Of a DNA stretch of 64,000 bases, positions 38,550-49,400 are shown piece after piece. The DNA is taken from positions 34,613-98,612 of IMG/VR virus record IMGVR_UViG_3300032092_000013. The stretch is one strand, 5' to 3'. Both the position numbers and the translations under genes were made by a program. How positions within the stretch are numbered: the first letter of the stretch is position 1; each line of letters opens with the position of its first letter. Origin of the DNA: a virus. The notes beneath the pieces were generated by a model that was given only the letters and a program-made list of their open reading frames with translations, searched no databases and was not told the DNA's origin.

Positions 38550-40064
38550 ATGGCTATATCAAATTATATAGGTAGTGATCAAGAATTATTTAAATACCAA
38601 TATAATGGCGATGATTATCTTGTTTGCGGATCATTCGTATCATTGGATGATTCAGGAAATGGAATTTTATTAAAAGGAAACGCATTTAAATATATTGAAA
38701 TTGTTGACAATATATATCATCCATTTCATACTGCTGAAATTATTGTTAACAATAATTTAAACTTTTTTGATAAAGAATATAATTTTCTAGGCAATGGTAG
38801 AGATATGTTGGTATTGACTATATTGCCAAATTCTGATCAAGATGCAATATTGCCGCATAATAATGAAGATTTTGTTTTAAAATTTGAATTTATAATAACA
38901 GAATGTATTGATATCAATTATGAAAATGCTTTATGCAAGAGATTGAAATTAGTCGAAGCAAAGGAGTATAAATTATCAGAAACATTTTTTAATATCGCAG
39001 GTGTACAACGTTCTTTGGGCGGATTCTCCTATTTGAGTTCTAATGAAGGCAACGCAAAACCAACTAGTAGTTGGATAAAATCAATCTTAAGTAATGTTTA
39101 CACAGAAATGAATGATAATATCTTCATTAAAGATAAAGAAGGAAAAGATTTTTTTGAAGAGTCAAATTGCATAAACATAGATATCACACCACATGGTGCA
39201 ATACCAAATATTTCTGTATTAAATTATGTATTACAATTTCATACACATAACGAAAGTCCATGTATATTAAGATTCGATAGAGTAAAAAAGAAATTTTTTG
39301 TTTTATCATATAATACATTATTCTCAAATAGTGAATTATTTTGCAAAGACGAAATACACTTCGGGCGGCAATCAAATGAAATTGAAAAAAATACACCTGA
39401 TATAGAATATGATTATTTTTCGAGGATCTGGGGTGAATATGCATTGTTAGGTAATAGTGGAAAAAATTCACAAATTATAGAATTTTATAGAGAAAATCCC
39501 GATGCTGCTCTTATTTTGAAGTTCTTTTCAAAAGAAGGCATGTCCAGCTATTCAAGAGCACATGGTGCATTTATGTACAACACACAAGCACTGGCACCCG
39601 AAGAAATAATACAAAAATATAATAAATTATTTGTTGAACCCTTTAAAAAACTTTTTAATAAAAACGAACTTACATATAATTTCATATTACCACAAAGTAC
39701 TGCTCATATGCAAAATGCATGGAAAACCGTCACAGATTCTTTGCCTCCGGAAATGAATGAAGAAAAAATTAAAATTAAAAAATTATCAAATCTATTAAAT
39801 TTAAATTATACGTATATGTTCAAGCTTAAAGGTTCGACAGTTAGGAAGGCGGCAACATTTGTAGATGTATTAAAATTTAATAATATTGATACAGATGAAA
39901 GGTACGATTTTAATAATTTGGGTAGACATCTAGTAACCACTGTAAAACATATTTTTACTGAAAATACCTATTTTAATAAAATAGAAACTATAAAGCCATA
40001 TAAACTAACACCGAGCCAATCAAAATATGGCATGAATTCAATTAACAATTTGTTAAAGTCATGA
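38550..40064 (+). CDS. Baseplate hub protein (gp27-like)
   Basis: IEIVDNIYHPFHTAEI N-terminus and GRHLVTTVKHIF C-terminus. Confidence 0.65.
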   Translation: MAISNYIGSDQELFKYQYNGDDYLVCGSFVSLDDSGNGILLKGNAFKYIEIVDNIYHPFHTAEIIVNNNLNFFDKEYNFLGNGRDMLVLTILPNSDQDAILPHNNEDFVLKFEFIITECIDINYENALCKRLKLVEAKEYKLSETFFNIAGVQRSLGGFSYLSSNEGNAKPTSSWIKSILSNVYTEMNDNIFIKDKEGKDFFEESNCINIDITPHGAIPNISVLNYVLQFHTHNESPCILRFDRVKKKFFVLSYNTLFSNSELFCKDEIHFGRQSNEIEKNTPDIEYDYFSRIWGEYALLGNSGKNSQIIEFYRENPDAALILKFFSKEGMSSYSRAHGAFMYNTQALAPEEIIQKYNKLFVEPFKKLFNKNELTYNFILPQSTAHMQNAWKTVTDSLPPEMNEEKIKIKKLSNLLNLNYTYMFKLKGSTVRKAATFVDVLKFNNIDTDERYDFNNLGRHLVTTVKHIFTENTYFNKIETIKPYKLTPSQSKYGMNSINNLLKS

Positions 40065-41665
40065 TAGTAAAAACCGGTTTTCCAGAATATATTGAATCAA
40101 TAGCTATTGGTGAAAATATTGATTTTATAAAAGATAATACAGATCTCTGTCATATGGCGGAAGATTTTCCTGCAGAAATGAATCTTGCTTATTTGTGGAA
40201 AAAAATTGCTACTGATTCAGATACTATAGCAGCCTCTAGAGAATTTATGAAAAATTTTCTACTAGATGCACCCGGATTAACTACAGAACATTTATTGTTT
40301 TACAGACAAAAAATAGACCAGCTTCCTAATGATGTAAAACAAGTATTAAAAAGAGAAGTTAATTCAGCATTTGCAAAATCAGAAAATTTATCTGAGAGAG
40401 TAACTACTACTGAATCACAAAGAAATTTTAATAGATCAACTCCTATAGACAAAGATAAGGATTTTCTGCAAAAGATATCTGATTTGATGAATCAGTGTGA
40501 ATCAGCTTGCAATTATTTTAAAAATTTATCACAAAGAGTAGGTTCAATTTATGATTATAGTGCTGTGAATACAATTCATAATTCACCGCCGCAAGATACT
40601 GATTTAAATTCACCCCCACCAACAGGTCTATCTTTGGAAAAGGTAAACAAAATCCCCTCTGCTTTACTTGATTCTATTACAGAAGCATACACTAGTATGA
40701 AAACTTTTATGGATAAAGCAAAATCATCTTTGCATAATTTTGTTTCAAACTATAATTTAGAAAAATTGGGAAAAAATGCATTTGCTCCAGACGAAAAAGG
40801 CGCAGTATATATTGGCGCAACTAGTCCAACACTATTTCAAAGCACAATGGAGGCATATTCTAAAGGTGTTGCAAACAATAAAATGTTGCTGGGCGACTGT
40901 TTCAGAATAGTTGATTATATGTCTAGATATAATCCTTTCAATCCCGAAATGAATATAGCAAAGCCCATTGACAAGGACATAGGGATTAAAACATTAGAAG
41001 CCGTAAATGGAGAATATGTTCCAACAACCATAAAAGTTAAGGTAAATGGTGTTACTACTTCTTCACATAATGGCAGATCTTTTGGTATGTCAGATACGCC
41101 ATCAAATACAATTAAATTACATGATGAGCTCAAAAAGAAAAAAACAAGCAAGAATCATTCACAGACTCAAGAAGAAGTAAGAGAAGCGTTAGACAAATAT
41201 TTAGAAGGTTCACCTCTCGTCACTAATTTCGAAAATTTATCACCCGAAACGAGAGCACAAATGGCTTCATATGGAATAGTAACAGGATCTAAAGAAGAAT
41301 GGTCAAATTTCTTTATGCGCCTAGGTAATGTAGAGTCTGGATTTAATCAAAGCAATGTTTCAGACATAAATGGATTTAGCCCGGGGCAAAAGGGGTATAA
41401 TGGTAATCCCACTTCTTATGGTGTATTTCAAATTGGACTAGCGGCTGGTCCTGGTTATAAGCTTAATGGTGGCAAAAGTTTCACACCTGAACAATTATTT
41501 GATGTCAACACTAATACACAAGCTGCAGTTAAAATTTGGGAAACAAATTTATATAAATCCAATTATGGTTTTATAAAATCTTCAAACGGTGCTGGAGTGG
41601 GGTATTTTGGTAAAGCAAGTATGAACAAAATACGTAACGACTATTCTTCTAACACCTATTATTAA
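40061..41665 (+). CDS. Baseplate-associated protein with a C-terminal lytic transglycosylase (SLT/lysozyme-like) domain
   Basis: VESGFN (catalytic Glu), SYGVFQI, LFDVNTNTQAAVKI. Confidence 0.7.
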   Translation: MIVKTGFPEYIESIAIGENIDFIKDNTDLCHMAEDFPAEMNLAYLWKKIATDSDTIAASREFMKNFLLDAPGLTTEHLLFYRQKIDQLPNDVKQVLKREVNSAFAKSENLSERVTTTESQRNFNRSTPIDKDKDFLQKISDLMNQCESACNYFKNLSQRVGSIYDYSAVNTIHNSPPQDTDLNSPPPTGLSLEKVNKIPSALLDSITEAYTSMKTFMDKAKSSLHNFVSNYNLEKLGKNAFAPDEKGAVYIGATSPTLFQSTMEAYSKGVANNKMLLGDCFRIVDYMSRYNPFNPEMNIAKPIDKDIGIKTLEAVNGEYVPTTIKVKVNGVTTSSHNGRSFGMSDTPSNTIKLHDELKKKKTSKNHSQTQEEVREALDKYLEGSPLVTNFENLSPETRAQMASYGIVTGSKEEWSNFFMRLGNVESGFNQSNVSDINGFSPGQKGYNGNPTSYGVFQIGLAAGPGYKLNGGKSFTPEQLFDVNTNTQAAVKIWETNLYKSNYGFIKSSNGAGVGYFGKASMNKIRNDYSSNTYY

Positions 41666-42123
41666 TCCTGAGTCAATTCAGGCGTATTCTCAATTATAGT
41701 AGCATTAATTAATTGTTTCATTAATTCTTCTCTAGTAGATCTCAATTTTAATCCCACAACAGCATCTAATTCTTTTTGCCTGCTCTTATTATCCATTTCT
41801 TTGATCTTAATAGCAGTACTAGTCTTCTTGTCAGTGATAAGGATGCGATTCAAACTTTCAACAGCGGAAGAGGTGGCCTTAATTAATTCAGCCAATGCAG
41901 TCACCTCTTCAGCATTAGGTGCTGCTTCTACGTAGTCTCTAACTAATGTAACAGATTCTGATGCTTGTTTGACCAAATTGCCTGTATGTTTTAAAATGAA
42001 TTCCTCGAGATTTTCCTTTGTTAGGGTATCTTCTACTTGTTCGACTTCTTTCGTCGCTTTAGGAATAGATTTTAGTTGATTTATGAGCGAATCTACAGAG
42101 TCTAATGAATCATCTTCTGACAT
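41662..42123 (-). CDS. gp16: Terminase small subunit
   Basis: Helical pattern APNAEEVTALAELIK...STREELMKQL resembles the gp16 family; 153 aa; late promoter at 42130-42135. Confidence 0.6.
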   Translation of the reverse strand: MSEDDSLDSVDSLINQLKSIPKATKEVEQVEDTLTKENLEEFILKHTGNLVKQASESVTLVRDYVEAAPNAEEVTALAELIKATSSAVESLNRILITDKKTSTAIKIKEMDNKSRQKELDAVVGLKLRSTREELMKQLINATIIENTPELTQD

Positions 42124-42135
42124 AAAAATTATTTA

Positions 42136-42164
42136 TTGATAATTTACTAAGCATCACCTATAAT
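42136..42164 (+). promoter_or_regulatory. sigma70-like promoter for dut-gp44
   Basis: TTGATA-17 nt-TATAAT, 6 nt before ATG 42171. Confidence 0.7.
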
Positions 42165-42170
42165 TTATAT

Positions 42171-42605
42171 ATGATTAAATTCTTAAAGACTCATCCAGAT
42201 GCTGTTTTACCAAAGAAAAACAATCCAGATCCTTCTATTGGAGATAGTGGATATGATATGACCGCAGTTGATGAAACAATTATTCCGGCAAGAGGATCTG
42301 CTGTCGTTCCGGTAGGTTTAACATTAGCATATCTATCACCAGAATTTTGGGTCCGAATTGAAAGCAGATCGGGTTTGGCATTTAAACACAATATTACTGC
42401 ATTTAATGGTATTATTGATAATCCATACCGCGGTGATTTGGGCGTGAAATTATTCAATCATTCTGATGTTGACTATGTTGTAAAAAAGGGTGATCGCTGT
42501 GCACAGTTAGTTATCTATCCATTAGTACATATGACGGCAGACTGGTCTGATTCAGTATCAGAAACAAGTCGCGGTGCTAGGGGATTTGGTTCTTCTGGAA
42601 AATAA
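42171..42605 (+). CDS. dut: Trimeric dUTPase
   Basis: SGYDM, SRSGLA, GIIDNPYRG, AQL, RGARGFGSSG. Confidence 0.96.
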   Translation: MIKFLKTHPDAVLPKKNNPDPSIGDSGYDMTAVDETIIPARGSAVVPVGLTLAYLSPEFWVRIESRSGLAFKHNITAFNGIIDNPYRGDLGVKLFNHSDVDYVVKKGDRCAQLVIYPLVHMTADWSDSVSETSRGARGFGSSGK

Positions 42606-42610
42606 TTATT

Positions 42611-43528
42611 ATGAATTTTGATAATATTTGGGTAGAGAAGTATCGACCCAAGACATTAGATGATATTGTTCTTCCGGTTGATACACGGAAGGTCATTGAA
42701 TCATATAAAGCAAAGAAGGAGATCTCGAATCTCCTTCTTATTTCATCACCAGGCCAAGGAAAGACTACATTAGCTAAGATGATTGTAAATCATATCTTAG
42801 AATGTGATTATCTTTATGTAAATGCCTCTGATGAAAATGGCATTGATACTATCAGAACAAAAGTAATTTCATTTGCACAAACCAGATCATTGACTGGTGA
42901 TATTAAAGTCATTATTTTGGATGAAGCAGATGGTATCTCAGCCGAAGGTCAAAGAGCGTTGCGTAACGTAATGGAAGAATATGCAGCAAATACGCGCTTT
43001 ATTCTAACAGCAAATTATAAACACAAGATCATTCCCGCAGTTCAATCACGTTGTGTTAGCTTGAATTTTAATCATAATATTCAAGATGTTATTAAACATT
43101 GCTTTGGTATCCTTAAAAAGGAAGGTATTGCTGTACCAGAAGAGCAAAAGCCTCTGTTTATTGAATTAGTGAAGCACAATTTTCCTGATTTTAGAAAGAT
43201 CATTAATGAATTACAAAAAAATTCTACGTCAGGTACTCTATCAATTGTTAATCAGGCTACACAAAATGAATTTGTTAAAGAAGTTTTTGATAAGATCAAA
43301 GAAAATCCTTTTGAATGTAGAAAGTTTTACATTCAAAATGAAAGTACCTTTCAGTCTGATTACCATAACCTAATGAAAAATATGGTTCAGTATGTTTACT
43401 CTTGGCAGAATGAACCAAAGAAAGCAGAAACCATCTTAGTAATTACAGAATACATGTATAGACATGCATTTGTTGTTGATCAAGAGATCAATTTCTTTGC
43501 ATTAATATTGCAAATAGCAAAATTATAA
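42611..43528 (+). CDS. gp44: Clamp loader AAA+ subunit
   Basis: WVEKYRP, PGQGKTT, NASDENGID, ILDEADG, SRC, FPDFRK. Confidence 0.95.
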   Translation: MNFDNIWVEKYRPKTLDDIVLPVDTRKVIESYKAKKEISNLLLISSPGQGKTTLAKMIVNHILECDYLYVNASDENGIDTIRTKVISFAQTRSLTGDIKVIILDEADGISAEGQRALRNVMEEYAANTRFILTANYKHKIIPAVQSRCVSLNFNHNIQDVIKHCFGILKKEGIAVPEEQKPLFIELVKHNFPDFRKIINELQKNSTSGTLSIVNQATQNEFVKEVFDKIKENPFECRKFYIQNESTFQSDYHNLMKNMVQYVYSWQNEPKKAETILVITEYMYRHAFVVDQEINFFALILQIAKL

Positions 43529-44083
43529 TTCTTGAAAACTCTTAAGATACCTGGCAGTAGTTGGTTGTTGCGCGGGTATCTTAATATTTTGAGTAGGTAA
43601 CTTATGTTCAATGCTTGTAAGTTTACCTTCTCCCTTGTCAGATTTAAAAGATTCTGTTTCTTTTACAGAATATTCAAGTGGTTTGATTTGTGTGCCATTC
43701 GGTCTTACTAAAGAAGAGTCAAAAGCGGGATAATTAATTCCATCTGTTTCCATTTGTTCAACACAACAAGCAGGAATCTTTGTATAATGCGTATATCTTC
43801 CACCACCATTATCCAAAGCAATATCTAAAGTAACATTACCCGTCATGGTATCTGGATTTCCTGGATATCTTGGTGTGTTATTATCTACAATACCAACTAC
43901 ACGAAGATGTAATTTGGATGATTCCATCTCGTCAAGCAATTGTTTGATATTAGTTCCAAGCATTTTGTAAGCTTCATTAGTTTTGAAATTTTTAGCAAAT
44001 TTAACATAGTCACCAACTAAAAATCCACCGCGGGAATAACGGGTCAAGGCTGCTTCAAAAATAGCATGAAACTTCTTCTTCAT
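43523..44083 (-). CDS. Late hypothetical protein with a capsid-targeting-like N-terminus
   Basis: MKKKFHAIFEAA; GGFLVGDYVKF; TAAATA at 44089-44094. Confidence 0.6.
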   Translation of the reverse strand: MKKKFHAIFEAALTRYSRGGFLVGDYVKFAKNFKTNEAYKMLGTNIKQLLDEMESSKLHLRVVGIVDNNTPRYPGNPDTMTGNVTLDIALDNGGGRYTHYTKIPACCVEQMETDGINYPAFDSSLVRPNGTQIKPLEYSVKETESFKSDKGEGKLTSIEHKLPTQNIKIPAQQPTTARYLKSFQEL

Positions 44084-44114
44084 GCTATTATTTACTTAAT
44101 TGTTAAATATTTTT

Positions 44115-44591
44115 ATGGCATCAATTAAAATAAGTGGATTACCTGAACCTCGCGTTCAGATTAAAGCATTTACTTATTCTGATTTGCATTTGGATTTACA
44201 AAAAAAATATTTAATAAAAGATAATTTCAAACAATTACCCGAAATAAATGATCTAGTACTAGATTATGATTTTAATGCTATAAAAAATTCTATTAGAAAT
44301 ATTTTTAATACATCACCTGGTGAAAAGGTATTGAACCCAGAATTTGGCTTAGATTTAAAACAATTTTTATTCAGTCCCATGAGTGATCTGGTTGCTATGG
44401 ATATTGCGGGTGTTATTAGATCTAAATTAACTTTTTTTGAACCAAGGATATATTTGAATTATGTCAATGTATATCCAATGTATGACACATCAGAATATAA
44501 CATAGAAATTTCATTTTCATTACCCCAAATAAATACACCAGCACTCACAATGTCTGGTGCATTAAATAGTATTGGTTACACAAACTACTAA
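44115..44591 (+). CDS. gp25: Baseplate wedge / sheath initiator (start reassigned from 44100)
   Basis: YSDLHLD, AIKNSIRNIFNTSPGEKVLNPEFG, FEPRI; TAAATA at 44104-44109. Confidence 0.92.
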   Translation: MASIKISGLPEPRVQIKAFTYSDLHLDLQKKYLIKDNFKQLPEINDLVLDYDFNAIKNSIRNIFNTSPGEKVLNPEFGLDLKQFLFSPMSDLVAMDIAGVIRSKLTFFEPRIYLNYVNVYPMYDTSEYNIEISFSLPQINTPALTMSGALNSIGYTNY

Positions 44592-44593
44592 TT

Positions 44594-46414
44594 ATGGCAA
44601 TATCTAATTTTACAGAATTTAATTTACCCAGAAATGCATATGCAGCATTTGATGCTGTAAGCATGAAACAATTAATAGTAAATCGATTAAAAGCGTCTGA
44701 AAAATTTCAAGATATTGATTTTGAAGGTAGTAATATCTCAGCTTTAGTCGATGTAATTGCTTACATGTATCACGTTCTGATGTTTTATCTTAACCAAACA
44801 TCTTCTGAAGCAACATTTTCACAAGCAGAATTATTCGAAAATATTAATAAAATAGTTTCATTGATAGGTTATAAACCACATGGGTATCATACAGCATCAG
44901 TTGCATTGAGTGAATTTACTGTTAGTTCAGACCTAGCACCAGGTTCTTACTTACTTCCTAGATTTTCATATATCAATGTTGATGGTTCAACTTACACATT
45001 CACAGAAGATGTATTTTTTGAAAAAACAAACAGCAGTAGTGAAAATATAGAGAGTGTTATTAACAATAATATATTGTATCAGGGAGACGTAAAAGAATTT
45101 CCAATTACAACTGCATTAGGCGAAGCGTTTGAATTAAAAGTTATCGCCATTCAAGATTTGATTAATAATACAACAATTATTGATAATAACAATATATTTG
45201 TATTTGTCCGAGATGTCTATTCAGAGAAGTGGGTAGAATGGGTAGAGGTTGATACAGTATATGGACAAGAGCCTAATGCGCGTGTATTTGAAAAGAGATT
45301 TAATGAGAATTTGAATTATGAATTAAAATTTGGTAATAATGTCAACGGAAAGCAATTAAATCTTGGTGATCAAATAGCAATTTATTATATACAAAGCAAA
45401 GGTTCATCAGGACGTATAGGATCTAATCTATTAACAGGCAGACAATTGTCTATATACAATACAAATAGATGGAATGAAATTTATTCTGATATAAGAACAA
45501 CTACCACAAATAAATTAGAATCATATCAATTGAATTATATAAATTTAGATAATCAAACAGCATCAACTAATTTTAAAAATTATGAAACAGTTGATGAAAT
45601 TAAGAAAAATGCACCACTTATGTTAATGTCACAAAACCGTTGTGTGACAGTAGGTGATTTTGAATCTAAAATTTCATCAAAATTTTCAAATTTAATTCAA
45701 GATGTAAAAGTAGTCAACAATCAAAATTATACAAAATATTTTCTAAAATATTTTTATGATATTGGATTAGAAAGGCCCAACCAAGAAGAAAGGGTTTTGA
45801 TGAATCAAGTATTATTTTCTGATAGTTGTGATTTCAATAATGTGTATTGTTTTGTTGTACCTAAGTATGGTGCTATCTTAAATGAAGAAACACCGCAAAC
45901 ATTGCCCATTTCTCAAAAACAATCTATTGTTGAATCATTTGCAAATACAAAATTAATTAATCAGAATGTAGTAGTATGTGATCCCATATATAATGCATTT
46001 GATATTGGATTACCTTTTCCAGAAGAAACAGACTCAGAAACAGTAAGAAGTGAAACATACTTGAGGATATATCGTGAAACTGGATACAACACATCTAAAG
46101 AATTAATAAAAAGTAGTGTCTTATCTAAAATAGAACAATTTTTTAATTTATCAAATAATAAATTAGGTGGTATTTTAAATTTTGCACAACTATCACAAGA
46201 TATTTTAAATATACCTGGTATAGCAAAAATAGAAACATTTAGAAATAATCCAGGTAACGAATTTTCAGTTTCTAAAATCAATGTTATAACATGGAATCCA
46301 CTTTATCCTGATTCTACACTAGAATCAACATCACAAAATTATGCATTGGCATATTTTCAATTTCCATTCTTTTATCAAATAAGCAATTTAATTAATAAAA
46401 TTGAAGTCATTTAA
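44594..46414 (+). CDS. gp6: Baseplate wedge protein
   Basis: FQDIDFEGSNIS, LIGYKP, YELKFGNNVNGK, ETVDEIKKNAP, QNRCVTVGDF. Confidence 0.92.
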   Translation: MAISNFTEFNLPRNAYAAFDAVSMKQLIVNRLKASEKFQDIDFEGSNISALVDVIAYMYHVLMFYLNQTSSEATFSQAELFENINKIVSLIGYKPHGYHTASVALSEFTVSSDLAPGSYLLPRFSYINVDGSTYTFTEDVFFEKTNSSSENIESVINNNILYQGDVKEFPITTALGEAFELKVIAIQDLINNTTIIDNNNIFVFVRDVYSEKWVEWVEVDTVYGQEPNARVFEKRFNENLNYELKFGNNVNGKQLNLGDQIAIYYIQSKGSSGRIGSNLLTGRQLSIYNTNRWNEIYSDIRTTTTNKLESYQLNYINLDNQTASTNFKNYETVDEIKKNAPLMLMSQNRCVTVGDFESKISSKFSNLIQDVKVVNNQNYTKYFLKYFYDIGLERPNQEERVLMNQVLFSDSCDFNNVYCFVVPKYGAILNEETPQTLPISQKQSIVESFANTKLINQNVVVCDPIYNAFDIGLPFPEETDSETVRSETYLRIYRETGYNTSKELIKSSVLSKIEQFFNLSNNKLGGILNFAQLSQDILNIPGIAKIETFRNNPGNEFSVSKINVITWNPLYPDSTLESTSQNYALAYFQFPFFYQISNLINKIEVI

Positions 46415-49400
46415 TGAATACCCCTGACTACAGATTTTTATATTTTGATGTGTTGGACTATACAAATAGTCATACTACATCTGGGTATACGTTACCAATT
46501 ACACCATTTACTTTTTTACCTAAATTTGATTCCGGTGATGATAAAAGTGTATCAAACACAAGAATTTTGTGGGATTTTGGTGATGGAACTACAAGCAGAG
46601 ATATTACAGCTAGTCACTATTATAAAATACCAGGCACATATAGTGTAAAGTGTTATTTTTATGGTGCTAGTGGGATTGGTTATGAGTCATCTTTTTGTCA
46701 AAATATTCTAGTAAAGGATTATATATCTGATACTCTTGTATTATCAGCTAAAAATAATGCAATAATAAGAGCTTCACACTACGAAAATCCATTTATTTTA
46801 ACTAGATTCAATAGTTGGCAAACATATAACTCACTTTCAAGTCAAGGCGCGAGTATTACATTGCATGTATCGGGTAATTCAGCACCTCTATTGGATTTTG
46901 AAAGTTATCAAAATGACAAGTATGCACATTTAAAATCTAGTTCTAGATTCGTTGTTATAGAATTTAACGAATTATTATCTTCATATGACGCAATACCAGT
47001 AAATGAAATTTTTACAAAAAATAATAAAGAAATTTATGTGAAATTAGATTCAAATAAAAATATTGTTTTTTGTAATTCATCTGATTTGGGATCAGTGATA
47101 GCAGGTACTTCGGGTCAAAGAACAATTTACTATACGGATGATTATTCAAAATCACCCCAAGGCAGTGTCATTCCTCAAACATTAATAACCGCATCATTTA
47201 ATTTCAAAAATTTTTATGATAATGACAGTATAAAATACAACATTAATAGTGATTATACTGTTTTAAATAGTTTGTATACAGTGTCATATGCACCTAGGAT
47301 ATATCCTCAGGATAAATTAGGCTGCATTAAGTTCTCAGCTAATGGCATTGATTCTGAAGGAAATTTTAATACATCGACATTTAATATAGGTAAAAATAAA
47401 TTTGTAGGTCAAAAAATTCCCTTTATAGCAAAATTAAAAGATGAAGATAATTTCTCTTCAAAGTCGTGGCCAAAATTTACTTTAAAGAAAGAAGATGAAC
47501 GCTTATCACAAAATTCAATCAAATTTTATTTAAAAGATACAAATACTAATGTGATTATACCTTCGGCTTTTGATATATATGAAGATTATGATGAATTTGA
47601 CACATATGATAAATTAGGATTTTTTAAAGGATATATAATACCAAAAATACCGGTAAAAAATGCTACTATTTGTTGTGATTTTAATTCAACCAGTGAATCA
47701 TTTTATATTGCAAATACTGAGCATGTAATTGTAACTAATCCGCAATCTACTTATCTATTTAAATTTGACTTAGCATACAATATAATTGATAATTTAATTA
47801 TTGAAAGCAATGTAATTAAAACATTATTCGATACTTCTAGCTTATCTGGAATGTATGCTTCTATAATTGTCCCGCGATATGAATCTAATAGTATAGAATA
47901 TAATTATTGGACAATTGATTCTGATCAAGACTTAGTAGCAAAAATTGATATTGAAAACAATATCATAACAACAATAAATTTATCATCAGGTTCATCACCC
48001 AGTTTTTTAGCAGCTGATGGTAACGGCGATATCTGGGTGACACTATATGATAGTATTAGCGTTTGTAAATTAAGTAGCAGTGGTGATATTTTATTTTATA
48101 CTGTTCCTGATTTGTTAAATCAGGACTATAGTAGTAATACATTTTACATATCACAAAACGGTGCAGCCGGTTCAAATTCTATACTACCCGCTATAGTAGA
48201 TATAGACACAAACAACAATGCTTGGGTCGCTTATAATTATACATTATCATCATTTATTTGTGTATATGATACTAATGGAAATTTTAAAACAAGAATCAAT
48301 ATTGATTATCCCTTTATAGCAAATGGTATTATTTGCACTAGCAAAGGAATTTCATGGGTTCTTTTAAAAAATCTAAACAATAATGGATTTGATTCATTAT
48401 TAAAAATAAATCAAACAAATTATCAAAAATCTATATACAACTTTGATTATAAATTATGGGATTTTACTAATGACATTGATGGTAATCTTTGGTTTACAGC
48501 GAATACAAACCAAATAGTAAAATTTGATACTACTTTTAGTGAAATTTCATTATTCACAACCTTGACATCTGTTTCGGGTCAATCAATAGATTGTAATTTT
48601 AATGGTATAGCTACTACAACACAAAGAGATTTATTAGTATTTGATAATGTAGATCGCGAAATTAAAGTTTTGAAGATTGATGATACTACAGGTAGTCCTG
48701 AAACCAATTTAAAGCGAATTAAACTAGATGGTATATCTACAACTGGATTTTATCAAAATTTTATAAATTCAAAGGGTGATTCGACAGGTTTTAGATATTC
48801 AGAAAAATATTTGAATGGTCCTGTATTTTTTACAAAAATTGGGTGTTGTAGCAATCAGTTTGATATATATCCAACTGCTGGCGAATATGATATCGCAAAA
48901 TTAAATGAAAATTTTGATATGCATGCGCAATTGAAAAATTTTGCATTTCAAGAAACATTGAGAGATAGCACAACACTTATTGATGATTTCTTTAAGAGTA
49001 TATTAGGAACAACAGAAGAAGATCCAAAGCAACTAGGTAAAAAAATATACGAAAAAATAGCAAATTTTGTTGATAACAATGTGTTTATAGATACATGCAA
49101 TGTAGAAAAATTAAATGCATTACACAAAATGCTAAATGAAAATCTTTATATATTCAATACATATAATTTTCCTTCAAATATAACCCGTCTATTAGATTTG
49201 TTTTCTATAAAATTATCAAAATTAAAGGGATTTAGAAATCAATTTAATGAAAATTTTGATACTAAAGGGTATAACAATGATAATGATATATATGGAAAAA
49301 ATTTAGGTGAGGAATTAAATTTTTTGACTGCGACATTGACAGCAGGAATTGATAAATCTATTATTGCATATGAAAGATTTTCTAAAAATTATACAATTTG

